From Podarcis vaucheri (lineage: Eukaryota): 64,000 nucleotides of DNA. A program made the translations under genes and the position numbers. Below are positions 25,501 through 47,879 of this stretch, one piece after another. How positions within the stretch are numbered: position 1 is the stretch's first letter; each line of letters opens with the position of its first letter. The stretch is taken from assembly GCA_965113315.1 (NCBI GenBank), contig OZ220377.1; one strand, 5' to 3'. The notes under the pieces were generated by a model. The model was not told the origin of the DNA. It did not search any database and saw only the letters and a list, made by a program, of their open reading frames with translations.

Positions 25501-28500
25501 TGTGACTCACTTGCCCCCACCCTTCTCATTTGCTTTACTTACCCGTTTGTATCTTTCTCTGGCATCCATGAAGTGCTTCTGTCGGAAGAGGTAATTGCCA
25601 AATTCCCGCTCAGTTTCAGCCACCTTCAGCACTTTCTGCAGTGGAAACTGGGCCTGTTGCTCCTGTGAAGAGAAGCCACAATCTGGTCATGGGGATTAGT
25701 ACAGCTGCATGCCACCCCAGTGTTGCACACTGTCCCAATCTCTGACTGCTGCAATAGTCCAGGTTTCTTCAGAATGGACAGCTGAGAATGTGGTGTCTGT
25801 ATGATATATGGTTTATTTATACATATATACAATCTGAGCCTACAATGGAGGGGTTCACAGCAATAACACCCTTGAAGTTTTGCTTCTCTCAGTCACAACC
25901 TTTGATTCCAATAGAAAGCAGGCATAGCTCCATCTCCCAGCTTGGAGCCAAGCTTCTAGCTCACTCCCCATTCTGGCCTTTGTCTTTCTAATCACCAGTG
26001 AGTTGTATGGTGCTTTATAGTATCTTTTAAAAACTGCTCTGTAACCATCTTTGGTGAAGAGTGATACAAAAGTCTCTTAATAAAACTAAAGAAAAACTAG
26101 CAAACTTACAGGAGTCAGATTAAAGAACTCATCAGATTCTGCTGAGTCCAGAAAGTCCAGAAGCTCAATCTCAAACAAGACTGTGGCATTGGGAGGGATC
26201 AAAGGAGGGCAGCCCGCAGCTCCAAAAGCGTATCTTGGCTTGAACAAAAATCTTGCCAGCTCTCCTTTCTTCATTGTCAGCAGACCAATCTCCATTCCTC
26301 CAAGAGTGATGTCTGGGAAAGCAAAAAAGAGCAAGGTTTATTTCTCAAATGTATGCACTGCAGTACTAATTATAGTGGAAGACATCCTCCTTGATCCAAG
26401 GTGCAATTCAGATTGGGCCTGACCCAGGACAATTTGGCCCCAACTCAGGTCCCCAGAAAAATCAAATCTTTGGATGCATGAAATTTGGAGAGCTATCTTA
26501 GCCTCCCTCTTAAAGGATCCCAAATAGTTTGCTTACTATCATAGAAACTAGGCATGAATGCACCTAACAAGTCCAGTTTTTATATTTAAGTGCTAGTGCA
26601 CACACACTATTTTATTATCTCTTAGGAACACATGGTCATTCTGAGCTTACCTTCACCAAGTTTCATGAGTCTATGATTCCTTCTGTAGCAGTTTGTGTCA
26701 AAGGGTCTGTCCATGTGTTCCAGGTAACCTGAAAATTTCACTGAAAAAGTTAAAAGTTAGAGGAGAGTAAATCAGTTTCAGTTAGGAAGGTTGAACATAG
26801 TTTCTATTTTTATCCATAACAGACAACTACTACAGTGGTAGCTCTGGTTACATACTTAATTCGTTCCGGAGGTCCGTTCTTAACCTGAAACTGTTCTTAA
26901 CCTGAAGCACCACTTTAGCTAATGGGGCCTCCCGCTGCTGCCGTGCCAGCACCGCACGATTTCTGTTCTCATCCTGAAGCAAAGTTCTTAACCTGAGGTA
27001 CTATTTCTGGGTTAGTGGAGTCTGTAACCTGAAGCGTATGTAACCTGAAGCGTATTTAACCCAAGGTACCACTGTATGTGTGCATCTGAAGAAGTGTGAA
27101 TGCACACGAAAGCTTATACCAAGAACAAACTTATTTGGTCTCTAAGGTGCTACTGGAGCCTTTTTTTTAGTTTATATATATATATTTTGACTGCATCAGA
27201 CCAACACGGCTACCTACCTGAATCTAGACAACTACTAGCAATCCTTGTTTCCAATAAACCATGCTGTTTTGTCCCAGGAGCTTGCTGAGAGCACATAAAT
27301 TTCATCCATTACGGAAAAAAATGCAAAATTAGAATTATGGTGTAGCATTTGCTCATGCTTTTTCAGGTTCTGTAATATTCATCAAACTACATTTTCCTGC
27401 ATTCGTTTAAAAACCTGAAGGCAAAAACCTAAGGGCTCCCCAGTAGCCTTAGAAGCTACTCACAGCAAAACAGTCTTTCCCAACCTGCTGCCTGGGTCCC
27501 ATGGGACTGATAGGAATGGTGGTCCATAACACCCGAAGGGCAGCAAGTTGGGGAATATTACATTAAAGTCTAAAGGACCTGTATGACAAAAGAGTACCTG
27601 CTCACTTCCACCATACTCTTGGGTGCTAAAAAGCACAAAACAGCTTCAAACTGGGAGTTTGGGGTTGCTTATTAAATGGAAACCTATCCATTCTTAAGGA
27701 AATCAGCCCCGAGTGCTCACTGCAAGGACAGATCCTGAAGCTGAGGCGCCAATACTTTGGCCACCTCATGAGAAGAGAAGACTCCCTGGAAAAGACCCTG
27801 ATGTTGGGAAAGATGGAGGGCACAAGTAGAAGGGGACGACAGAGGACGAGATGGTTGGACAGTGTTCTCGAAGCTACCAGCTTATGAGTTTGACCAAACT
27901 GCGAGAGGCAGTGGAAGATAGAAGTGCCTGGCGTGCTCTGGTCCATGGGGTCACGAAGAGTTGGACACGACTAAACGACTAAACAACAACAACAATTAAA
28001 TGGAAACCACAAACAAAATCTACAGTGTACACCCATGAGATTTCAGGTCATTGGCTAAATACTTAATGCATGCTTGGCTAAAGTACTAATACCACTCTTA
28101 TTTAAATGTTAACATTCAGATTCAGAAAGCCACCCTCAACATTGCTAGAATTAGCTTGTGAGGGAAAGTGCACAGGGAATCCTTCCACATAGTCCATATT
28201 AAATCACACATTAAAGTGCTTTTTGGGGGGTTATAAAGGGAATTAATGGAAATCAATAACTTGTGGTATAAAGCACCATTCAAATGTCAAACTGGATGGT
28301 GCAGATGTCAACTGAAAAGACAAGTTAGCTTGTTAAAAGAACAAAATCCACTTTAATTTGCGCCAAGACCAAACTAGGCATGAACATGTCTAGTTTTTTT
28401 CTCATTTAAACAGAACTGTGGTGCAGAGTGCTCACCCTTTCCCCTTCATCAACATGGTCCTGACCCACATTCTCACACCCCAGCTCCTATTGGTCCCACA

Positions 28501-30263
28501 AGGCAGCTTTTGGCAAGAGGAGGGACTAACATCCAGGCCACAGCAGGGAAGGGCACAGTGGCTATTCAATGCAATACTATGCATTTAGAGGGGCTTACCC
28601 ATTGCCTTGGTAAGCCTGCTTAACACCACAACCATAGACTTGTCAGCACAAGGTTCTTTTACCTAATATGGATGCATCAGGAGGCACCGTTTCACCAGAG
28701 CCGGCACGGATAATCTCTTTCAACACTCCATCGTCTCCAGTAACATCCTGCATCCGTTGACCCAGCCGGTGGTAAGGAGACTTTGGAAAAAAGGGTATGG
28801 CAAAGCATAATGTTATTTATGGACTGCTTAATGCCAAGACAGGCTTCTGTTGTATTATTAGCATTAATGTTGTATTATTAATATGGATTTCCTCAATTGT
28901 CTTTTTAAATCGGGTCAAAGCTCCGTGGCAGAGGACCTGCTTTGCTTGTAGACGTTCCCAGGTTCAATCCCCAACAGGATCTTCCAGACAGGCTTGAGGA
29001 GTGACCTCCGAGTCTGAAACTCTGGAGAGGTAGTATCAGCCAGCCTAGATAACACTTGGCAGTACTCTGACTCAGTACAAGGCAACTTCCCAATGAATGA
29101 AACTATTGCTTAAAGCCACAGCATAGAATAAACAATGGAGCATTCTGATATATTTGATGGACTGATATATATAAAACAGAAAAATAATACACCCTCAAAG
29201 TGTAAATCATGCACTACCCCTCTACAATTAGCTATAAAAATGTTAAAAATAAAACAGAAGCACCCATAAATCTCCCTATGGTTTTGGAACTTGCCCACTG
29301 TTTTCCTCAGTTGCCAGAGGCCATTACATATATGCCTGCAAATATGAGTCTGGCAGAAACTGGAGAATGTGAGTAAGTGCTCACAGTGCTCATATAAGTG
29401 ACAGCCAATGGGAGACATCCTTGGCCTCACTCGTGCCACAGAATGTTATTAAACCTCCAGTCCAAGAAAACAGAGGGCATACATTGGAGACAGAAGGCTG
29501 TAGATCATTTCCTTAAATTTATGATGGATGCACAGACTTGCAAATACTGTATTATGTAAACTAGCTTTGGCTGTTTTGAAGACTCTTACATAAATTCAAA
29601 TTTAGCCCAAAATGCCAAAGGCAAACCTATATATACAGCACATTATATATTAAGAGACTTGCCTAAAGATATATTTATTGTTCATGCTAATTCTACATGA
29701 ACAGTAGCATAAGTGCTTTTTTTTTTTAAGGAACACCTTGATTTGCACTAGCTTTGGCAGTCCTTATGGTACTGATATTTTGCTGCATTGGTTTGTTTTG
29801 CTTTTTACTAGTCCTCTTTCACAGCAAAGCTGTGCTTTTCATTGAATCCTACAGTTGAAAGAGACTACCAAAGGTCATTGAGTCCAACCCCCTGCAATGC
29901 AGGTATCACCTATTGTTGTCGTTTCATTTCAGCAGGTGCCTCCCCTCAGGTTGCCCTGAGCTGCTAAGGTTGGTTGAGGCAGTAAAAGAGGAATTTCCCT
30001 TTCTCTCTCTTTTCCTTTTGAGGGGAAAATGTACTCCTCGCATGCTCAGACTCAGCAATCAGTTGGGCTCTATCTTCGAAGGGGGAAGGCAGAAGCTGAA
30101 GGAAAGAGGTTCCATCCCTTTGTTGTTCTCCTCTCGGGTAGAGGGAGCGCCAGGAGGAACTCTACTCATGCCCAGAGACACCAACGCTCACCATGAAGCC
30201 CCCCGCGCCGCTCCCGTCCCCCGCCTGCCAACTCTCCTCCTGGCCACCGCCTCTCGGCTTCAT
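22573..30263 (-). CDS. FKBP6: FKBP prolyl isomerase family member 6 (FKBP domain + TPR; piRNA/meiosis co-chaperone), 8 coding exons; true 3' end unresolved
   Basis: Exons (minus): 30192-30263, 28663-28780, 26651-26740, 26110-26312, 25543-25662, 24545-24739, 23873-23982, 22573-22663. All introns GT-AG with consistent phases. Peptides include [99 protein letters not shown] region [24 protein letters not shown], and [19 protein letters not shown]. No stop in exon 8 (333 codons so far). Confidence 0.95.
26833..27074. mobile_element. Tc1/mariner (Tigger-like) MITE, same family as 4982
   Basis: TA-CAGTGGTA...GGTACCACTG-TA; reverse complement of the 4982 copy. Confidence 0.85.
27077..27227 (+). mobile_element. 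Penelope-like element terminal fragment with hammerhead core
   Basis: CTGAAGA-A-GTGTG-AATG-CACAC-GAAA-GCTT followed by TTGGTCTCTAAGGTGCTACTGGA..CAGACCAACACGGCTACC. Confidence 0.65.
27685..27994 (+). mobile_element. 5'-truncated Bov-B (RTE) LINE 3' end
   Basis: CAATACTTTGGCCACCTCATGAGAAGAGAAGACTCCCTGGAAAAGACCCTGATG..GGGGTCACGAAGAGTTGGACACGACT, (CAA)n tail, and a 14-bp TSD ATTAAATGGAAACC at 27671-27684 and 27995-28008. Confidence 0.9.
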
Positions 30264-30720
30264 CCTGCAACGGCTGCTCTCGCCGTCGCCCTTTTTTATC
30301 CTCACAGCGAGGCCCAGCCTTCCCGCCCAAACCGCGCGGGCCAATCATGGTACGCCCCTCCCGACTACGCCCCCGCCAAGGCCTCGTGCCGCAAACCAGG
30401 CCACGCCCAGCCCCCGCGGCAGAGCCAATTCTGCGCCCTCGGCAGCGTCCGTGGAGCGGGGGGGGGGGGAGCGAGCGTGGTGCATGATGGGGCAGTGGGT
30501 CCTCACCCACGGAGTTTTTTTTATTTACCGACACGCCCGTTTTTCATCTAAAATGGGCTCCCGAAGCGGCTTTAAATGCGAGGAAGCTCGAGTTAATAAT
30601 AACGGCATGGCGCTAACGCTAGATACCCTGTGGGTGTCGCTTTGTTTTTGTTTTTTTTTACTCCCAATTAACTTGCAAGAGTAAGCCCAAAGAAATTTAA
30701 TGCGCCAAAGTTCGCCATGT
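30140..30720. promoter_or_regulatory. CpG island / FKBP6 promoter
   Basis: CpG-dense region around exon 1; TTCCCGCC (E2F-type) 30320-30327, CCAAT at 30341 and 30425, GC boxes. Confidence 0.75.
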
Positions 30721-30856
30721 CTTTTGAATCCTGCTCTAATGTGACTAAGACTGGATGCTACCCCTTGACTTAAATTTTAAACTTTGCCCTGTTCTATCTT
30801 TTAGAAAGTTTTCTCCATGACACAAAACCATGACAATTCTTAAACTTCGTTTATTT

Positions 30857-31089
30857 CATGGTTCCAGTTACAGATAGGTAGCCGTGTTGGTCTGCCATAG
30901 TCAAAATAAAAAAAAATCCTTCCAGTAGCACCTTAAAGACCAACTAAGTTAGTTTTTATGGACTTCCATTTCATGCGGCTCAATGTGGTGCCTTCCATGG
31001 TTCCACTTACAGATAGGTAGCCGTGTTGGTCTGCCATAGTCAAAATAAAAAAAAATCCTTCCAGTAGCACCTTAAAGACCAACTAAGTT
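30857..31089 (-). mobile_element. Two tandem ~94-bp Penelope-like terminal fragments
   Basis: Near-identical copies at 30857-30950 and 30996-31089; reverse complement of the 27.1-27.2 kb fragment. Confidence 0.65.
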
Positions 31090-31227
31090 TATTTCATGCG
31101 TTTTGGTCCAGCAAGAGGGGCAGGGGAGCTTGAAATAGCTTACAAGCACACTGGTTTACATAATACAACATTTGTCATCATAAAAAATTAGCCGCCAAAA
31201 CAATAACAACAAAATCCAACAACATGT

Positions 31228-31445
31228 AAGGTAAAAGGGTAAAGGTGAAAAGTAAAGGACCCCTGGATGGTTAAGTCCAGTCAAAGGAGACTATAGTGTG
31301 TGGCACTTACCTTCCCACCACAGCAGTACCTATTTATCTATGGTCTGCTTTCGAACTACTAGGTTGGCAGGAACTGGGACAGAGCAATGGGAGTTCACCC
31401 TGTGACGGGTATTCAAACTGCTGACCTTTGGATCAGCAACCCAAG
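31228..31445 (-). mobile_element. Degenerate, truncated Sauria SINE
   Basis: AAAGGT-type tail repeats plus the core TACCTATTTATCTA..CTTTCGAACT..AGGTTGGCAGG. Confidence 0.75.
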
Positions 31446-32028
31446 TATAGCATGAATGGATGGTGGTGCGTTCAGTGACTTCTTCCCACCTCGAGCACAA
31501 GCACAAGAACTGCAAGTAGAAAGCAGACATTTCCAGCAGTGGGATTCGCTCCCTGTGAGATCCCTCACCATCTGGAAGGACCACGTGGTGGATACTCTTT
31601 GGTAGTTCGGGAGGCTGGCAATACCTCGGTATTTCTGAAGGATGAATAAAAATGGATTTCCCATTCTGCTACTGTATCAAGTTGCACCGTGGCTGCATCA
31701 CAATAGTCTTTAATTGCAACAGGAATATTTGTTTACTCCTTCTACACTGCCTAGAGGCTGCAGAATTAGGTACATACAAAATTTTAAAAAGCCCTTGATC
31801 GAACATGTTACAAAAGCATGGGAAGCAAAGCTAGTATAAAAACAACTGGACAATTCAGCCACCTTGGGTAAACTTTTTGGGTGTCTACTAAACAAAGGAG
31901 GAAAATAAATCTGGATAACTTCATGTTTGCTGCTTGAAGCTCCTTGGATGGATGGATGGAACCACTGCTTCAATGGTCCTCTTCCATTTCTAGGCTCCTT
32001 TCCTTGTGTTCCTTTCAGCCTGCAGGTA

Positions 32029-32384
32029 AAGGTAAAGGTAAAGGGACCCCTGACCATTAGGTCCAGTCGTGACCGACTCTGGGGTTACGGTGCTCATATT
32101 GCTTTATTGGCCGAGGGAGCCGGCATACAGCTTCCGGGTCATGTGGCCAGCATGACTAAGCTGCTTCTGGCAAACCAGAGCAGCGCACGGAAACGCCGTT
32201 TACCTTCCCGCCGGAGCGGTACCTATTTATCTACTTGCACTTTGATGTGCTTTCGAACTGCTAGGTTGGCAGGAGCAGGGACCGAGCAACGGGAGCTCAC
32301 CCTGTCGCAGGGATTCAAACTGCCAACCTTCAGATCAGCAAGTCCTAGGCTCTGTGGTTTAACCCACAGTGCCACCCGCGTCCC
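32029..32384 (-). mobile_element. Full-length Sauria SINE
   Basis: tRNA-related head GGGACGCGGGTGGC.. on the minus strand, (ACCTTT)n tail, and a 15-bp target-site duplication (TSD) TTCAGCCTGCAGGTA at 32014-32028 and 32385-32399. Confidence 0.9.
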
Positions 32385-33560
32385 TTCAGCCTGCAGGTAG
32401 GGACTGTCAATTCTTAATCTTTCTAAAGCTCACTTTTTAGATGCTAAAGGAAGTGGTAGAGAGGGAAGCTTCAGACTAAGGAGGATAGAACACTTAAGAA
32501 CAGGCATGGGGAGTCTATGGGGCTGCCGTTGCTACTGAACTACAGCTTCCACCAGCCTCAGCAAGCTTGGCCAATGGCTGGAGAAGATGGGAGCTATGGT
32601 TTGGAAACACCTGGAAGGCTACAGCTTCTCCACCCCTGCTTAAGAGCAACCCATAACCAGCCTTCCCCAAACTAGTGCCATCAGTCCTGACCAGTATGTC
32701 TGTACTCCCATCAAAACAGGCATAAAAGAGCTGAGTTGGCTGTGGCGTTTTAGCCCAAGTAATCTTGAAGGCACAATGTTGGCAAAGTGTGCATTAAAAC
32801 GGATTAAACATAATGCTCTGGTGCAACCTCTAAAGTGCATTTGCGGCAGACCAAAGGGATGTCATGGGAAAGCATTTTCAAAGACATCAGTAGGACAGTT
32901 TCAGCCTTTAATCTTCCCCCCTTTTTAATGTGGCCCCATGGCATTGGCAAATGCAGGACGATTGTAGCAATGTGTCAGGAAGCTGTATGAAATCTAGCCT
33001 TTAAGCTTCCTGGTGAAGAAGACTAAAAGGCAGAGAGGGAAGCAATGGGCCTTTGAAGTTTAAGCATCAATTAACTGGCATGTTTCCTAGAGGCAGCCCA
33101 GAGGCAAGGTGAGTTGGTTGAACAGATTGAGAGTGCCATCAAGGACAGTTAGCAGGGAGAATGACTGAGCTGATCCATGGACCATGCCGTCTAGAAAAAA
33201 GGAAGTTCTCCTCCTTGGGGGATCACTGGGTTTCTTCAAAGCAGGCACCAAAAGGTATTGAGCTGTCTCTCTCACTTGCTCTTGAGATGCTTAACTTGGC
33301 TCCTTGATTAACCAGCTATGTTCTGACTCCTTCAGCTGAGCTGAAGGCAAAAGGTTCTCAAACAGACCTCTGGAGCCCACCTTGTATATGTGAGGACTGT
33401 TCCCTTGTGAGAATACAAATCCAGTTACACCTTGATCAGGGTTTCTCTGGTCCAGATTGCCATGCTTTGGAGCAGAGCAGTCTGTGGCTGGTGCCTTTCT
33501 CCCCTGCAGTTGCAGCAACATGGCACTCACTCTGCAGCTCAGCAGGCAGGAACTGCCCAC

Positions 33561-38443
<4,883 letters not shown>

Positions 38444-40736
38444 TTAACCTAGTCCTGGAAGCCCAGCACCCTGTCGTGGGAAACTCCAGTTGTGGGGAGC
38501 AAGGGGAAATGAGAGCAATTCTTGTTCCTCCTGATTAACAGACCTCCTGCAACAAATGAGAACTGATAAGATGACAAGTAAAGAAGCGATGCAATCTTAG
38601 GGAGAAGTAAGAGTGTCCCTGAGCACACGCAAAGCAAAATAACAAGGCTGGGACTGGGGGAAATGAATTTGCTCCTGAGTCATGAAAACAGGAAGGGAGG
38701 AAGGGAGGTCAGCATCCAGGTAACTGTCATTCCATACTTACCAGGAGATCAACACCTGGCTCCTTTGCTCGAAGACATCAGAAGTGCTCTGCAGTCCCAG
38801 GGGCACCAGCCTTCAGGCCTCTTTTAAGGAGATGCAACAAATTTGCTTGGGAATGGCATTACAGAGCTGAGAGGGGAATAGTGTGTGTTTTCTTCAGTGG
38901 TGGAAGAGGGACAGTTAAAAGATGCTGAGGAAGCTAGAGTGACAGAGGAATTGTAACCCCCTTAAGTGCAGAGATGGTGAACCCGTGGTGGCCCTCCAGA
39001 GTTGGTTGGTCTCTGATGACTCCCATCAACCTTGGGGAAGGACCTTTGCTCAGTGGCAGAGTACCTGTCCCTGGTTCAATCCCCATTGGCATCTCCAGGT
39101 AGGACAGGGAGCAGCCCCATCTGAAGCTCTGGCAAGTCATTGCTGCCAACCTGTGTTGACCAAGGAGAGCATCCTTACCTTCCACAGCTCAGTTGCCTTT
39201 TGCTTTCTGCCTTCCTTGCTCACTTGCCCTTCACCCGTAATCACAGGGCTTAGAAAACACCAAGGCTTGGGATTCAGAGACCCTTCCTTTTGGGGAAATG
39301 CTCCTGTCCGCAAAGAGTCAACTACTTCTACCCCTTCAAATCAATCCATGTGTCCCCCAAGCGGGAACTCCGAACCACACAACTTACTGTGAAAAATCAG
39401 AGGTCAGCAGCACATCCACCCATTCATGCGTCTGCACATTTACCTTGAATGTTCACCTTGCAAAACATTTGTTCTCCTCCCCACACACCCTGGCTTGGCC
39501 ACGCCTGGCACTCATTTATTTGTCCATCAGGCGCCAAAGACTTCTTTACGCTTACCAACTAACTGGCAACAGATAAGACTTCTGGCTCAGACATTACTTT
39601 TTCCCAGCCTTATTGTTGCAGGGTAGACTTGAAGTCTCCAATGTTGATGTTCCTGAGAAGAGAAATAAAGTTGTACAAAAGCAGCCTTGCTGACCTTTCG
39701 GGGTTCACTGAACCCCAAGTTTCCTTGATGGCCACCAAAATTGCAAAAAGAAAATGAGGGAGTAATGGGAGGGTGAGCAAGAGGTGTTGGGCTGATCCCT
39801 GTTTGGTGGGAGCTAGCTAGGTCTCTGTCTCTGTCTCTGCTGGGCATTTTTCAAGGTGAAACTTGCCTCAAAAAGAGTTTCATCTCAGCTATCTGCTGAG
39901 GGTCCTGACTGTGCTGACCCTTAGAAAGGAGGCCTTGTGCCAGGACCGGCTCTGCCTTTGACAGATGTGTGTGTAGTGGGGTCAGAGGACCTTAAGGAGA
40001 GCGGCTCCCTGTCAGCAATTCCCACCAAGGGACAAGTTCCTTCCTGCAGGGGCTTGGGGGACTTCCAGTTGCTCAACCCCAAAATCTTGTTTGGGAGGGG
40101 CAGCCTGCTGCATCTTTGCCTGGATTATCCTGCTTCCCTAGGAAGTCAGTAGGGAATTTCAAGTCCTGTGCCTGGTTTTATTTGAGACTTTTTTTGGTCA
40201 CCGTTGGAATAGTTTTTATACACAGAATTGTTCTCAATTGTTCTACCTATAGAACTGTTTATAATCGTTTTTGCACTTTTCTTGCTTTATGGTCCTGTCT
40301 TACCTGTGTGGCCTGATGGTAAAGGCAGGGGCACAGATAAGAAATCTGATTATATAACTGAGCCACTTATTGAGCCTTTTGAGGCTGAAAGCGGTATACA
40401 GTACAAGTCTTTTCAGGCTGCAGCCCTACACATACTTCCCTGGGAGTAAGAGCCACTGAACTCAACGGAGCCCCGTTATTCCAAGTAGACGCGTGCCATT
40501 GCATTACACTGCATTGGGATGTGGAGCTTGAAGCCGGCGTGCTGCCGAAGCCTTTGATTTCTCTCCGAGGATTTTTTTGGGAAGCGCTAGCGGCTGTGAA
40601 GAATGCCACATCGAACCCGGAAACTCGCCGAGCGACGAACGTCTAAGATTCGCAGCTCTACGAGCATCTCCGCTAACCCACCCGCGAGCATGCGCGGCTC
40701 CCTTTCCCTGCGCATGCGTATTCAGAGCTTGGCGCC

Positions 40737-47342
<6,606 letters not shown>

Positions 47343-47425
47343 GAAGCCTGCCTTGTAAAGACCATCACAAGACAACACAGACTCTGCTATAGGAAGTCGG
47401 CACCAGAGAACTTTGCAGGCTCTGG

Positions 47426-47431
47426 AATAAA
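47426..47431 (+). promoter_or_regulatory. NSUN5 polyadenylation signal
   Basis: AATAAA 84 nt after the NSUN5 stop codon. Confidence 0.7.
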
Positions 47432-47879
47432 AGTTTGCACAGAAGTGCTATTCTCCCCCCTTCTCCAAATTATTCCAGAGTGTTGTGAATCATGGCAGGA
47501 TGTTGGTAGATGGACTGGCCATTATTGGGGTGGTGGGTGCTGTACCTTAAAAGGCACCCACCCCGCACTGTTTAATTCTACTCTTGGAAGGAGCTGTCTT
47601 GAAACTACTGGTCTTTGCCACTTCTGTCTGCCCAGAACATGCAGTCTGCAGGTACAGACCCAACCTCACTGAAGCTAAGCAAGGTCAGTGGCCTATTACC
47701 TGCTTGGGAATGACATGCGTGTTGCCTTTGCTGGAGTATAAATAAGGAAATAATTTTGTGCTATGCAGATCCATCTGAAGTGGGCAGGCCTCCCTCCATC
47801 ATTCAGGAAAACCCGGGGGTGAGTTGGCTGTCGCCGCCTTTGGGAAATACCTCCCGCTAAAACAGAAAGACACTCTCCA

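Noticed and set aside
27626-27946. 106-aa minus ORF
   Set aside because: Antisense of the Bov-B fragment.
29913-30684. 212-aa and 163-aa + strand ORFs over the FKBP6 promoter
   Set aside because: A GC-rich CpG island has few stop codons; the peptides look non-coding.
31927-32400. 157-aa ORF
   Set aside because: Mostly the reverse strand of a Sauria SINE.
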